IMG/VR virus record: IMGVR_UViG_3300046786_000124
Location: 1-38,237 of that record
Reading direction: 5' to 3' (one strand)
DNA length: 38,237 nucleotides
DNA from: a virus
Lineage: Duplodnaviria; Caudoviricetes
The notes under the pieces were generated by a model. That model saw only the letters and a list, made by a program, of their open reading frames with translations. It had not been told where the DNA came from and did not search any database. Positions 24,731 through 35,266 of this stretch are shown one piece after another. The stretch's first letter is position 1, and each line of letters begins with the position of its first letter. Made by a program: the position numbers and the translations under genes.

Positions 24731-25092
24731 TTGGCTCGTTAAAAACCCAATGCCTAGCCGCAATGGTTTTTAACGGGCATACCCTAGATTCAATTGCCGA
24801 AATTGATGATGTAACTTTGGCAAACATCCAAACGATGTATGCCGATGGGTTAATTGGCAATTACGGGCTTTTAACCCAAATTGCTACCCTAACAAATGGC
24901 GTATTTAACTATATGCGCCCCGCAAATTCGCCCGCATATAAACTAGCCAACATTTTGGGTAGTGCGTATGATTACATATATCCGCCTTTATCTGCCGAAC
25001 AACAAAAGGCGGCGGTAAACGATAGCCTTTTGGCCTTCATGTCACAGGCGCATGGATTTGATAAAACAAAGTTTGGGGTAAAAGATGGCTAA
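24721..25092 (+). CDS. Frameshift extension of the tail chaperone (gpT-like)
   Basis: The -1 frame from GGGAAAC (24721-24727) is open and in frame with ORF 24763-25092. Confidence 0.75.
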   Translation, partial: GKLIGSLKTQCLAAMVFNGHTLDSIAEIDDVTLANIQTMYADGLIGNYGLLTQIATLTNGVFNYMRPANSPAYKLANILGSAYDYIYPPLSAEQQKAAVNDSLLAFMSQAHGFDKTKFGVKDG

Positions 25093-27064
25093 TATGATTG
25101 CCCGCCTTGGCGTAGTTCTAGGGCTAGATACCGCGGAATTTAATAAAGGTATTGAATCCGCCGGTAAAAAACTAGAACAGTTTAGCCAAACCGCCGAAAA
25201 ATTCGGCAAGATGGGCGCAACCGCTTTGGTTGCCGCAACTGCCGCCGCTTTGCAATATGCAGATGAACTATCGGATGTTGCGCAAGCAAATGAAATAGCC
25301 ATTGGAACGGTTCTTAAATTATCGGATGCGCTTGCAAACAACGGCGGCAAAGCGGATAACGCCGGAAAAATGCTTTCCGCGTTTAGCAAATTTATTGATG
25401 AAGCGGCAAGCGGTTCGGATCAAGCGCAGAAAACGGCGGCAAAGTTAGGCGTAACGCTAAAAGATTTGGGTACGCTATCGCAAGAACAATTACTAAATAA
25501 ATTTGTTAAGAATTTAGCGGCGGTAGAAGACCCGATTACGCGTAGCGCGAAATCAATGGAAGTTTTTTCCAAAGCGGCCAAAAGCGTAGATATGGTTGGC
25601 TTCGCCGAACAAATGGCGGAAGCAAACAAAGTAACCAAAGAACAAGAAGAAGCCATTAAACAAGCGGCCGAAATGTTTGATGTAATGGGCCAAAACGCCC
25701 GAAAAACAATGCTTGTTATTGCTACGGAAGTAGGCCCAACTTTAAAAGCATTTAGCGATTTCCTTAAAGATTTAAATGGCGAAACTAATGATTTTGGCAA
25801 TGCCTTTAAAGTAGTTTTTCAAACGGTTGCCGTTGTTGCCGCAAATGTTTTATATGTTGTTAAAAGTATCTTTGGCGAAATATATGCCATCGGTAGTTAC
25901 ATTGATAACCTAATTAACAAGAATTGGGCAACCGCCGAAGCGGAAAACGATGCCTACATCAAGAAAACAATTAAAGAACGCGCCGCGCTAGATGATTTCT
26001 ACGATAGGGTAATGAACCCCGCATCGCCGGCAAAGCAATCAACCGCCGCGCCTAATGTTGGTAGGAAGATTTCCGAATCTAAAGAAGCGGAAGCGGCAAG
26101 AAAAAAACAAATGCAAATTTATGCGCAAGGGGCGGCCCATGCGCTAAAAGCGGCGGAAGAAGATGCAAAAGCCCGCGCGGAATTCTTTTCAAGTTACGAA
26201 AAAGGAAATGCCGCGGTAGCCGAACGCCAAAGGCTAATGAACATTGCATTAGATAACGAAAAAGAAATGATGCTATTGGAAATGAAATCCGCCAATATGC
26301 GCCAAGAAGATTACACGCTAGAACGCGAAAGATTACAGATTAAACAACAGTTAGCGGCCAACTTAGAAGAAATTGATAACCGTAGGGATTTAACGGCGGA
26401 AGCCCGTGCGCAAGCGGAAGCCCGCGAAGTTGCATTATCGGAAAAGGCTTTAGCAATTGCGCAAGAACGCTATCAATTAACTTTGCAATCGCGCCAAGGT
26501 ACTTTTGAAGAAGGCTTTACAAAGAACGCTATGCGTTTCCTACGCGATATGCCTACCGAATTAGAACAGGGCGCAAAGGCTTTTGATTCGTTAATGGGCA
26601 ACATGGAATCGGCCATCGATCGTTTTGTTAAAACCGGCAAGATTGGTTTTAAAGATTTGGCGCGTAGCATCATTCAAGATATGTTGGCGATGCAAATGAA
26701 AGCCGCCGCATCGGGCTTTTTAAGTTCTTTGTTTGGTTCTATGTTTGGTATGAAATCAAATCCATACCAACCCGCGGCCGTTATGGGGATGCCTGGCTAC
26801 GCCGATGGCGGCAACCCCGCCGTTAATTCGCCTAGCATTGTTGGCGAACGCGGGCCGGAACTATTTGTACCGCGCACGGCCGGAACTATTATCCCTAACC
26901 ATGCGTTAGCGGGAGTAGGCGGTACTACAAATGTAACGAACAACTACATTAACGCAATCGATACCAAATCGTTTGAACAACGGCTTTTAGGTAGCCCTAA
27001 CGCGGTTTGGGCGGCAAATCAATACGCTACAAAATCGTTGGCGGTTAGCAGGGGTAGAACATGA
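25085..27064 (+). CDS. Tail tape measure protein
   Basis: Ala/Lys-rich helical 659 aa; FVKTGK..FKDLARSIIQD and YADGG...VGERGPELFVP motifs. Confidence 0.92.
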   Translation: MANMIARLGVVLGLDTAEFNKGIESAGKKLEQFSQTAEKFGKMGATALVAATAAALQYADELSDVAQANEIAIGTVLKLSDALANNGGKADNAGKMLSAFSKFIDEAASGSDQAQKTAAKLGVTLKDLGTLSQEQLLNKFVKNLAAVEDPITRSAKSMEVFSKAAKSVDMVGFAEQMAEANKVTKEQEEAIKQAAEMFDVMGQNARKTMLVIATEVGPTLKAFSDFLKDLNGETNDFGNAFKVVFQTVAVVAANVLYVVKSIFGEIYAIGSYIDNLINKNWATAEAENDAYIKKTIKERAALDDFYDRVMNPASPAKQSTAAPNVGRKISESKEAEAARKKQMQIYAQGAAHALKAAEEDAKARAEFFSSYEKGNAAVAERQRLMNIALDNEKEMMLLEMKSANMRQEDYTLERERLQIKQQLAANLEEIDNRRDLTAEARAQAEAREVALSEKALAIAQERYQLTLQSRQGTFEEGFTKNAMRFLRDMPTELEQGAKAFDSLMGNMESAIDRFVKTGKIGFKDLARSIIQDMLAMQMKAAASGFLSSLFGSMFGMKSNPYQPAAVMGMPGYADGGNPAVNSPSIVGERGPELFVPRTAGTIIPNHALAGVGGTTNVTNNYINAIDTKSFEQRLLGSPNAVWAANQYATKSLAVSRGRT

Positions 27065-27714
27065 GTTTTCAAACAATCTTTGAAATACAACAATCCATGT
27101 CGGTAAACAACCGGCGTACCGTTGGCCAACAAGTTGCGCGAAGCGGCTATGTAACCGTTGCCCAATACCTAACCGCCGTACCTTGGGTATTTACCGTAAC
27201 GCCGCATAACTATTTGTATTACCCGCAAGTTCGAAGCGTTATCCAAACCATTGATAACTACGATAGGCAATTGCCGGAAAACATTTTTTTCCAAAGCGAT
27301 AACCTATCTTGGTTTATGAAATACCAAGGCGATAACCCAACTACGCCTACCGGCATTCAGATCGCTACAACGCCTACAACAAATACCCAAACAATTGTTT
27401 TAAAAACTTTGCCATCGATTGCTTCAACGGCATACCTTTTTAAAGCGGGCGATTTCATTGAATTCGGCGGCTATACCTACAAGATTACGGCGGATGTTTT
27501 ACGCGGTTCCGGCGCTACGGTTACGGTAAGTATCCATCGCCCCGTTATCGTTGCATCCGCGGCTAATACGGCCGTATTGGTTGGTACGGATTGCGTTATC
27601 CGCGTAGTTGCGGAACAATGCCCTACATATACGCTAAACCCGATGACGGATGGGGCGTTTGTACAATGGGATGGCCCATTTGTTTTTCGGGAATACATCA
27701 TAGGGGTATATTGA
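27061..27714 (+). CDS. Distal tail protein-like
   Basis: Synteny after the tape measure gene; beta-rich. Confidence 0.6.
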   Translation: MSFQTIFEIQQSMSVNNRRTVGQQVARSGYVTVAQYLTAVPWVFTVTPHNYLYYPQVRSVIQTIDNYDRQLPENIFFQSDNLSWFMKYQGDNPTTPTGIQIATTPTTNTQTIVLKTLPSIASTAYLFKAGDFIEFGGYTYKITADVLRGSGATVTVSIHRPVIVASAANTAVLVGTDCVIRVVAEQCPTYTLNPMTDGAFVQWDGPFVFREYIIGVY

Positions 27715-27715
27715 T

Positions 27716-28396
27716 ATGACAACGATGACCGCGCTTAATAGTTCGCAAATCAACCATGCGGAATTTGTTAGGCTTACCGTAGGAAAAACCGGCGCGCAAA
27801 CGGTATATACATTTTGTAACGCCGCATCACAGATAACGGTAAACGGAATTGCGTTTAGCAATTTAGGCGCGTTGTTGAATGTTGGCGATGTTCAACGGGA
27901 TATCAAGGCTACATCGGATGATATGACGATTGCGTTAACGGGAATTGATCCTACCAATGTAGGCATCATTCTTGGCAACGATATCAAAGGTTCATTGGTT
28001 GAAGTATGGCGCGGCTTCTTTGATTCAAACAACCAAATCATTACAACGCCTACGCAACAATTTTTCAAGCGCTATCAAGGCATCGTAAGTAGCGTAGCCC
28101 TAACGGAAGATTGGAACCAAGAAATGCGTAGCCGCGTTGCTACTTGTTCGATTGCTTGTTCATCGATGCGCCGCATTTTAGAAAACAGAATTTCCGGCGT
28201 TAAAACAAACCAAAATAGTTGGCAATTTCTTTATCCTAACGATGTATCAATGAATCGGGTATCTGAAATCATGCAAACTTATTTTGATTTTGGCGGAACA
28301 CCTAAAACGCAAACCCAATCTTCAAGCGGTGCGCCATCGGGCGGCGGAAGTTCGGTTAGCGATAGTTCTACAACATCCGGAGTTCAACTTTACTAA
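27716..28396 (+). CDS. Tail tip/hub protein (minor tail L-like position)
   Basis: Synteny; VEVWRGFFD...RYQGIV pattern. Confidence 0.6.
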   Translation: MTTMTALNSSQINHAEFVRLTVGKTGAQTVYTFCNAASQITVNGIAFSNLGALLNVGDVQRDIKATSDDMTIALTGIDPTNVGIILGNDIKGSLVEVWRGFFDSNNQIITTPTQQFFKRYQGIVSSVALTEDWNQEMRSRVATCSIACSSMRRILENRISGVKTNQNSWQFLYPNDVSMNRVSEIMQTYFDFGGTPKTQTQSSSGAPSGGGSSVSDSSTTSGVQLY

Positions 28397-28398
28397 AT

Positions 28399-28845
28399 AT
28401 GATAAGACAAGCAACAAGATACGATATCCCTAGATTGTTAGAAATTGTTGAGGCGTATGCGTATGAAAACCCAATTAAAAAACTTGGCGAACCGTGTAAT
28501 CACTTTCCCCGCTATGTTGAAGAACTATTGTTTAGCATCATTCAAGGGCGCGGGTTCATTTTTATCGATTCGCATTTGCGCGGCGCGATCATTGCTTATA
28601 AAAGTTCTAACATCTGGTCGCCCAAAGTAAAAGAATTAAACGAACTGCTATGGTGGGTAGAACCCGAATACCGTAACAGTACGATAGGCGGCCGGCTTTG
28701 GAAAGCATTTGATAAGCGGGCGGAAGAAATGTTAAAAGCGGGCGATGTAGATTTTGTTTGTACTTCAATATCGGCAAACGGGCCATTGATTGATTACACG
28801 CGCCGCGGCTATAAGCCATTGGGCGCAACTTTCGTTAGGGAATAA
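28399..28845 (+). CDS. GNAT-family acetyltransferase-like protein
   Basis: MIRQATRYDIP and WWVEPEYRNSTIGGRL (acetyl-CoA motif A-like). Confidence 0.75.
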   Translation: MIRQATRYDIPRLLEIVEAYAYENPIKKLGEPCNHFPRYVEELLFSIIQGRGFIFIDSHLRGAIIAYKSSNIWSPKVKELNELLWWVEPEYRNSTIGGRLWKAFDKRAEEMLKAGDVDFVCTSISANGPLIDYTRRGYKPLGATFVRE

Positions 28846-28847
28846 AA

Positions 28848-31800
28848 ATGGTAACTAGTATTATTTTGGCGTTTGAATACATCGGCATGTCAACCGCCGT
28901 TGCTACCTTTGCCGCCAACTTTGCGCTTTCCTATGTTGTTACCCGCGTATTTGGTTCAAATACATCTAACCAACAAGTAGATAACGGCGTTAGGTTGCAA
29001 GTTCCGCCAAGCACCGTTAACGCTATCCCTATTGTTTACGGCGATGCCTATTTGGGCGGAACCTTTGTAGATGCCGCGTTAACTACAAATCAGCGCAAGA
29101 TGTATTATGTTTTGGCGGTTTCAAGCATTAGCCCCAACGGTACTTTTACTTTCGATAGAACGGATATGTACTATGGCGATAGGCTTATTACATTCGAAAG
29201 CGGAACCGGCGCGGATTTGGGTAAGGTTGTAACGCTAACGGATGAAGCCGGCAATGCCGATCCTAAGATTAGCGGCAACCTATACATCTATTTGTTTACT
29301 TCAAACGATGCCGGCGTTATTACGCCTATCAATAGCGCGGGTACATTGCCTAGCGGCATCATGGGTTCCGCAAGCGGATTGGCTAGTTCGCAACAATGGC
29401 CTACAACCGGCCGCCAAATGAACGGTACGGCTTTTGCTATTGTTGTTTTGAACTACAACCGCGATGCGGATACAACAAGCCTTCAACCAATTACATTTAA
29501 AGTTAGCCATAACCTAAACGGCCTAGATCGTGCGCGCCCTGGGGATGTTTGGTATGACTACATGACAAGCCCCGTTTATGGCGGCGCTATCGATCCCGCC
29601 TATGTAGATACAACTACGCAAGGTTTGTTGAATACCTATTCCGATGCGTTGATTACCTATACGGATTCAAGCGGCAATCCGGCTACGCAACGCCGCTACA
29701 AAATTAACGGCGTATTAGATGCCGGCGAAACGGTTATTAACAATGTTGATCGCATCATGTCCGCGTGCGATTCTTGGATGACCTACAACGCGGCATCGGG
29801 CAAATGGGCCGTTGTTGTTAACAAATCCGAAACAACCGCCTACGCCTTTAACGATAACAACATCATTGGCGAAATCCGCGTTAGCGCTACCGATATTTCA
29901 AGTTCCGTAAATCAGGTAGAAGCGCGATTCCCGTTTAAAGAAAACCGCGATCAAGCCGCGTTTGTTAACCTTGAAACGCCGCCCGCTTTGCTTTACCCCA
30001 ACGAACCGGTTAACAAATATTCCGTTACTTATGATTTGGTAAACGATAGCGTACAGGCTACCTATCTTGCTAACCGCGTTTTGGAACAAGCGCGCGAAGA
30101 TTTGATTGTTAACTTTAATACAACCTATTACGGCATCCAAGTAGAAGCCGGAGATGTTGTATCGGTTACTAATACCGACTATGGTTGGTGCGCGCCTACC
30201 TATCCCGATGGCAAACCTTTCCGCGTAATGAAGGTTAACGAAGCCGCGTTAGGCGATGGAACTTTGGGCGCGCGTTTGGAACTAAGCGAATATAACGCCG
30301 ATGTTTATGATGATAAAGATATTACGCAATTTACGCCGGTAGCAAATAGCGGCCTAGTTTCGCCTATTTACTTTTCCGCATTGGCCGCGCCGGTTGTAGT
30401 TGCATCCTACCCATCGGCATCGGTTCCTAGTTTTGATTTGCAAATTACAACGCCGGTAACGGGCCGTTCCGTATTTGCAAACATTTACTATTCAACAACG
30501 CCAACGCCTACTACAAGCGATTTGGTTTTGTTGTACTACACGCAAACATCGGATAACAAACCCGCCCCCGCAAATACGGCCATTGTTTTCCCTAACTTTG
30601 TTTTGCCGGCCGGTACTTATTACTTTGTTTTCAATGTTGGAAATAGCGATAGCCTTTCCGCGTTAAGCGGCGTTAGTTCGGCGTTTGTTTGGAATCCGGT
30701 AGGGATGACAGGCCCAACGGGGCCAACAGGCCCAACCGGTAGCGGAACAAGTGGTACAAATGGTTTAACGGCCATTACGGCGTATAGGGTACAAAGCCAA
30801 TCGGCAAGTACGCCTACATTTACTACGCCTACAAGCGGCGCAACCGCGCCTAGCGGATGGACACTTAGCGCGCCTAGCGTTTCCGTTGGGCAAGTTCTTT
30901 GGTACATCCAAGGCCAATACAATAGCAATTCGGTAACGGTTAGCGGGGTTGCGGCAAATACAACGGCATGGACAGGCCCGATTGCGGCAAGCGTATTTCA
31001 AGATATCCGTTCGGATAATTGGAACGGCGGCAACCCGCCCGTATCCGGTACGCCTTCAACCTACGGTACGGTTGGTTACTACATCAAGCAATCAACCGGC
31101 GATATGTTCTTGAATAGCGTTTATGGCCGCGGCGTAGCGCAATTTGATGGATACAACAACGCCGGCGGTACGGGATACGCAATTGTTATTAACCAATCCG
31201 GTGCGCAAACCGGCGGCGGTTGGTTTAATGCCGGAACCGGCGGCTATGGCATTTCCGCAAATGGCGGAACGGGTAAAGTAGGTATTTATACGCATGGATA
31301 TGGCGGTAATGGTTTAGAAGCCTATTGTTATGGTTCTACGGCCGTTGCAATCCGCGCGGAACACGCATTTGCCTTGCCGGCCCTATACATTTCTAACGGT
31401 ACTATTCGTTGGGGTGTTTACGATATTGCGGCCCCCGCGGGTTCTACAAGTACATTCTTACGCAACGATGGGCAATGGGCATCGCCATCTTCTAGCGGCG
31501 TATCTAGCATTTCAACTAGTAATAGTTCTAGCGGCCTAACCCTTTCCGCATCATCATCTACCGGCGCGGTTACTTTAAGCCTTTCCGGTACGCCTACAAA
31601 CGCTACAAATGCCACAAACGCTACAAACGCAACAAACGCAACCTACGCAACCTACGCAAGTTATTTGGGCGGCATAGCGGATTCCGGATGGGCGCGTATT
31701 TTCCCAACCAATTCCGGAACTGCTAATGCGGCCGGCGCGGGCCTAAACCTTTTTGGTTCATCTTCTACGGGAATTGCCGGCGCTTATATTGGTACAAGCG

Positions 31801-32153
31801 GTTCGGGCAATACCGTTACTTTTGGCGTACAAACAACAAGCCCATCGGATATCCGGTTGAAAGAAGAAATTACGGATAGCGATTTAGGCTTAGATTTTGT
31901 TAAGAAATTGCGCCCCGTTTCCTACAAACTTAAAGCCGATCCCAAGCATCAAAAAGGCTACGGATTTATTGCCGATGAAGTTGAAGAAATCATAGAATTG
32001 GGTTCATCGTTGGTTTATGAAGAACCCGATTGGAAAGTAGGGGATGAAATAGGATTTAAAACAATCCATTACCCTTCATACATTGCGGTTCTAACCAAAG
32101 CAATCCAAGAATTAACGGCCAAAGTTGAAGCATTAGAAGCAAAGGTTAAATGA
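28848..32153 (+). CDS. Central tail fibre/tip attachment protein with C-terminal S74 intramolecular chaperone
   Basis: IPIVYG N-terminal tip motif; SDIRLKEEI...LRPVSY...GFIADEVE...KAIQEL. Confidence 0.85.
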   Translation: MVTSIILAFEYIGMSTAVATFAANFALSYVVTRVFGSNTSNQQVDNGVRLQVPPSTVNAIPIVYGDAYLGGTFVDAALTTNQRKMYYVLAVSSISPNGTFTFDRTDMYYGDRLITFESGTGADLGKVVTLTDEAGNADPKISGNLYIYLFTSNDAGVITPINSAGTLPSGIMGSASGLASSQQWPTTGRQMNGTAFAIVVLNYNRDADTTSLQPITFKVSHNLNGLDRARPGDVWYDYMTSPVYGGAIDPAYVDTTTQGLLNTYSDALITYTDSSGNPATQRRYKINGVLDAGETVINNVDRIMSACDSWMTYNAASGKWAVVVNKSETTAYAFNDNNIIGEIRVSATDISSSVNQVEARFPFKENRDQAAFVNLETPPALLYPNEPVNKYSVTYDLVNDSVQATYLANRVLEQAREDLIVNFNTTYYGIQVEAGDVVSVTNTDYGWCAPTYPDGKPFRVMKVNEAALGDGTLGARLELSEYNADVYDDKDITQFTPVANSGLVSPIYFSALAAPVVVASYPSASVPSFDLQITTPVTGRSVFANIYYSTTPTPTTSDLVLLYYTQTSDNKPAPANTAIVFPNFVLPAGTYYFVFNVGNSDSLSALSGVSSAFVWNPVGMTGPTGPTGPTGSGTSGTNGLTAITAYRVQSQSASTPTFTTPTSGATAPSGWTLSAPSVSVGQVLWYIQGQYNSNSVTVSGVAANTTAWTGPIAASVFQDIRSDNWNGGNPPVSGTPSTYGTVGYYIKQSTGDMFLNSVYGRGVAQFDGYNNAGGTGYAIVINQSGAQTGGGWFNAGTGGYGISANGGTGKVGIYTHGYGGNGLEAYCYGSTAVAIRAEHAFALPALYISNGTIRWGVYDIAAPAGSTSTFLRNDGQWASPSSSGVSSISTSNSSSGLTLSASSSTGAVTLSLSGTPTNATNATNATNATNATYATYASYLGGIADSGWARIFPTNSGTANAAGAGLNLFGSSSTGIAGAYIGTSGSGNTVTFGVQTTSPSDIRLKEEITDSDLGLDFVKKLRPVSYKLKADPKHQKGYGFIADEVEEIIELGSSLVYEEPDWKVGDEIGFKTIHYPSYIAVLTKAIQELTAKVEALEAKVK
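31596..31658 (+). repeat. Seven 9-bp tandem repeats encoding (TNA)5(TYA)2
   Basis: ACAAACGCN-type units read directly from the sequence. Confidence 0.85.
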
Positions 32154-32154
32154 T

Positions 32155-32430
32155 ATGCCAAGAGAAATTAACATCCCCGCGCAACAGATTTACGAAGATA
32201 TCTATTCGTTGCAAGAACTACCCGATAACCAAAGCGTTAGGGTTGTTGTTTGCGTAACAACGCAAGAAGGCGAATTTATCGTTCCTAGCCAATGCCGCGA
32301 ATACATGATTAGCGGTGATATGTATGTAGAACTAAATTCGGCTAATCCGCCTTGGCATCCTAACAAACCGGCGGGTACTTATTTCAATGAAGATTTATGG
32401 CATTTCATTGATTTATTAAAGCAATCTTGA
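32155..32430 (+). CDS. Hypothetical protein (possible fibre chaperone)
   Basis: Starts 1 nt after the fibre stop. Confidence 0.6.
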   Translation: MPREINIPAQQIYEDIYSLQELPDNQSVRVVVCVTTQEGEFIVPSQCREYMISGDMYVELNSANPPWHPNKPAGTYFNEDLWHFIDLLKQS

Positions 32431-32504
32431 TAAGATAGAAACAATACAAGACACCATTAGCCCGTAAGAATTACGGAAGTTCTAACTAAGTTTAGGGAAC
32501 CGCT

Positions 32505-32993
32505 ATGGCGATTTTCAATAAGAACACCCTTGCGCAAGTAAGCGGTTTTGATAACCCAATTCTTGCGGGCGAATTGGTATGGGATCAACAAACCTATTGG
32601 AACCTTACATTTACCAATAGCGCAACCGGCGAACCCGTAGATTTAACCGGCGCAACCATTGATGCGCAGATCGTTCGCCGCCAACTTTCAAACATCATCG
32701 ATACCCGTAACGGCCTTACCTTTGATATTGCCGATTACACGCCTACGCCTAGCGCAATTCCGCTAACGGTTACTAACATTGTTTCGTTGGCCGGTAGTTG
32801 TACATTGGTTATCGATGCCGGCGCTTGGTCCTTGATGCAAACCGATCCCGAACTAGAAATCAACGCGGCCGATCCCGTTGGTTATAGCGGCCGCGTAAAG
32901 GTTAGTTTTCCGCAAGTAGGTTCTACACCCGCGGATGATGCAATTATCTTTTTGTTGTTCTTAGTTCGTAGCGATGGGGTGATCGTGCTATGA
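32505..32993 (+). CDS. Virion adaptor protein (BppU-like pattern)
   Basis: [15 protein letters not shown] pattern; precedes the collagen-like fibre. Confidence 0.55.
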   Translation: MAIFNKNTLAQVSGFDNPILAGELVWDQQTYWNLTFTNSATGEPVDLTGATIDAQIVRRQLSNIIDTRNGLTFDIADYTPTPSAIPLTVTNIVSLAGSCTLVIDAGAWSLMQTDPELEINAADPVGYSGRVKVSFPQVGSTPADDAIIFLLFLVRSDGVIVL

Positions 32994-34984
32994 GTAACAT
33001 TAAAGTTTCGGTTCAAGATGGCAACAATGTAAATTTACAAGTTACGCCGCAACCGCGCATTGATCTACGGATTGATCGGGCAATTAGCGGCGCAACGGGA
33101 CCAACAGGCCCGCAAGGTAGCGGCCCAACGGGACCAACAGGACCTACCGGCGCGCCTAGCACGGTGCAAGGCCCAACAGGACCAACAGGGGCGCAGGGTA
33201 ACACCGGACCAACTGGGGCTACGGGCGCGCCATCTACGGAAGTTGGACCTACAGGACCTACTGGGCCAACGGGCAATCAGGGTTCGCAAGGTATTGCCGG
33301 ACCTACGGGGCCGCAAGGCATTCAAGGTATCCAAGGCGTACAGGGTATTCAAGGTATCCAAGGCCCAACCGGCGCGCAGGGCGCTAATGGAAATAATGGA
33401 CCAACCGGTCCAACAGGAACCAACGGCGCAAACGGTAGCACGGGGCCAACCGGTGCGCAGGGACCAACAGGGGCGCAGGGCATACAGGGTAACAACGGCG
33501 CAACCGGCCCGCAAGGTTTACAGGGCGATGTTGGACCAACCGGACCAACGGGTGCAGATAGTACCGTTGCGGGACCAACCGGACCTACAGGCCCGCAAGG
33601 AATTCAAGGCATTGCCGGCCCTACCGGCGCGCAAGGCGTACAGGGCGATCAGGGTATCCAAGGGGTGCAAGGTATTGCGGGACCAACAGGACCGCAGGGA
33701 GCGCAGGGCGTAACGGGGCCTACAGGGGCAATCGGACCTACGGGGGCTAATGGCGCAAATGGCGCTACAGGCGCTACCGGCCCCACGGGACCTACGGGCG
33801 CGGATTCAACGGTAGCGGGACCTACAGGGCCAACGGGCGCGCAGGGCGCGGATGGGCAATCTTCATCTTTCTATCAATATCAAGCCGATACAAACCAATT
33901 TTCAGGAACTCCAACCGCGGGCCATGTATTTTGGAATAACGCTACGCAAACTTCCGCAACCGATTTAACTTTTAGCCATCTAACAAGCAACGGCATCGAT
34001 GTAGATTTGTTTTTAAGCATTTTAAAAACAGGCGATAGCGTTGTATTGCAAGATGCAAATAATTCAAACAATTACCAAAAATGGGTTTTATCCGGCGATG
34101 CGGTTGTAGTTCCTAATTCATCTATAACTTGCCCCGTTACCCTTTCTACATCAAGCGGAACGGGTACTACGGGTTTTGCTAACAATCACAATCTAATCGT
34201 TGTTATTCAATCTATTGGTTTGGTTGGCCCAACGGGACCGCAAGGCGCTACCGGACCAACAGGGGCGGATTCAACGGTTGCCGGACCAACCGGCCCGCAG
34301 GGCGCTACGGGACCAACGGGTGCGCAAGGCGCGGTAGGGGCTACGGGGCCAACGGGTGCACAGGGCATCCAAGGTATTCAAGGCAACCAAGGCATTCAAG
34401 GCGTAGCGGGGCCAACCGGACCACAGGGCATCCAAGGCGATCAAGGTATCCAAGGGGTTGCGGGACCAACGGGACCTACGGGTAGTGCGGGCGCTACCGG
34501 CGCAACCGGACCTACCGGCGCAGATAGTACCGTTGCCGGCCCAACAGGCCCGCAAGGTATTCAAGGCGTACAAGGAATTGCGGGGCCAACCGGACCGCAA
34601 GGAAATACGGGCGCGCAAGGAAATACGGGACCAACCGGTCCAACCGGAAATACCGGCGCTACGGGCGCGCAAGGACCAACGGGTCCAACCGGTGCGCAAG
34701 GTACGCAAGGCAATGTAGGCCCAACGGGACCGCAGGGTATCCAAGGCATACAAGGCGTTCAAGGCATACAGGGGCCGACGGGACCAACGGGTTCCACGGG
34801 ACCAACGGGTAGCGCAAGCACAATTGCCGGACCTACGGGACCTACGGGGGCTACAGGGCCTACGCCAAATACCTATTTACCCGTTGCAAAATTTGTAGGA
34901 ACAATCGTTAATGTTTTGTTTAGCGGCGGTTACTTACCAATATTGTTAAACAACGGTTCAACCGCTAACATCCCCGTTTATTGA
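32990..34984 (+). CDS. Collagen-like triple-helix fibre protein
   Basis: Long G-X-Y runs ([12 protein letters not shown]) at ~33089-33859 and ~34217-34866 flanking a ~120-aa globular domain. Confidence 0.9.
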   Translation: MSNIKVSVQDGNNVNLQVTPQPRIDLRIDRAISGATGPTGPQGSGPTGPTGPTGAPSTVQGPTGPTGAQGNTGPTGATGAPSTEVGPTGPTGPTGNQGSQGIAGPTGPQGIQGIQGVQGIQGIQGPTGAQGANGNNGPTGPTGTNGANGSTGPTGAQGPTGAQGIQGNNGATGPQGLQGDVGPTGPTGADSTVAGPTGPTGPQGIQGIAGPTGAQGVQGDQGIQGVQGIAGPTGPQGAQGVTGPTGAIGPTGANGANGATGATGPTGPTGADSTVAGPTGPTGAQGADGQSSSFYQYQADTNQFSGTPTAGHVFWNNATQTSATDLTFSHLTSNGIDVDLFLSILKTGDSVVLQDANNSNNYQKWVLSGDAVVVPNSSITCPVTLSTSSGTGTTGFANNHNLIVVIQSIGLVGPTGPQGATGPTGADSTVAGPTGPQGATGPTGAQGAVGATGPTGAQGIQGIQGNQGIQGVAGPTGPQGIQGDQGIQGVAGPTGPTGSAGATGATGPTGADSTVAGPTGPQGIQGVQGIAGPTGPQGNTGAQGNTGPTGPTGNTGATGAQGPTGPTGAQGTQGNVGPTGPQGIQGIQGVQGIQGPTGPTGSTGPTGSASTIAGPTGPTGATGPTPNTYLPVAKFVGTIVNVLFSGGYLPILLNNGSTANIPVY

Positions 34985-34993
34985 AGGTGAAAC

Positions 34994-35257
34994 ATGGCTA
35001 ATAAATATCCTTTGGTTTTAAATGGTTCAACCATTCAAGAACTACAAACGGGCGATGGCTTGCAATTGCCGATTGCCCTAGCGCCGCAATATGGCGGTAC
35101 GGGCATTGTTAATAACGCCGCTAGTACATGGGCAATTAGCGGCAACTACGCAACAACCGTTACGGTAACGGGCGTTACAACGGTTACGCTACCAACAAGC
35201 GGGGTAATTGCTACGCGAAGCAATGCGGTTGCCTATTCAATTATCTTTGGCCTTTAA
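34994..35257 (+). CDS. Small virion-associated protein
   Basis: GAAGGT RBS; YGGTG fibre-like motif. Confidence 0.6.
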   Translation: MANKYPLVLNGSTIQELQTGDGLQLPIALAPQYGGTGIVNNAASTWAISGNYATTVTVTGVTTVTLPTSGVIATRSNAVAYSIIFGL

Positions 35258-35266
35258 GGAACAGTT

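Noticed and set aside
33013-34762. Several long alternative-frame and antisense ORFs over the collagen gene
   Set aside because: By-products of a GC-rich 9-nt periodic repeat lacking stops; no RBS or independent coding signal
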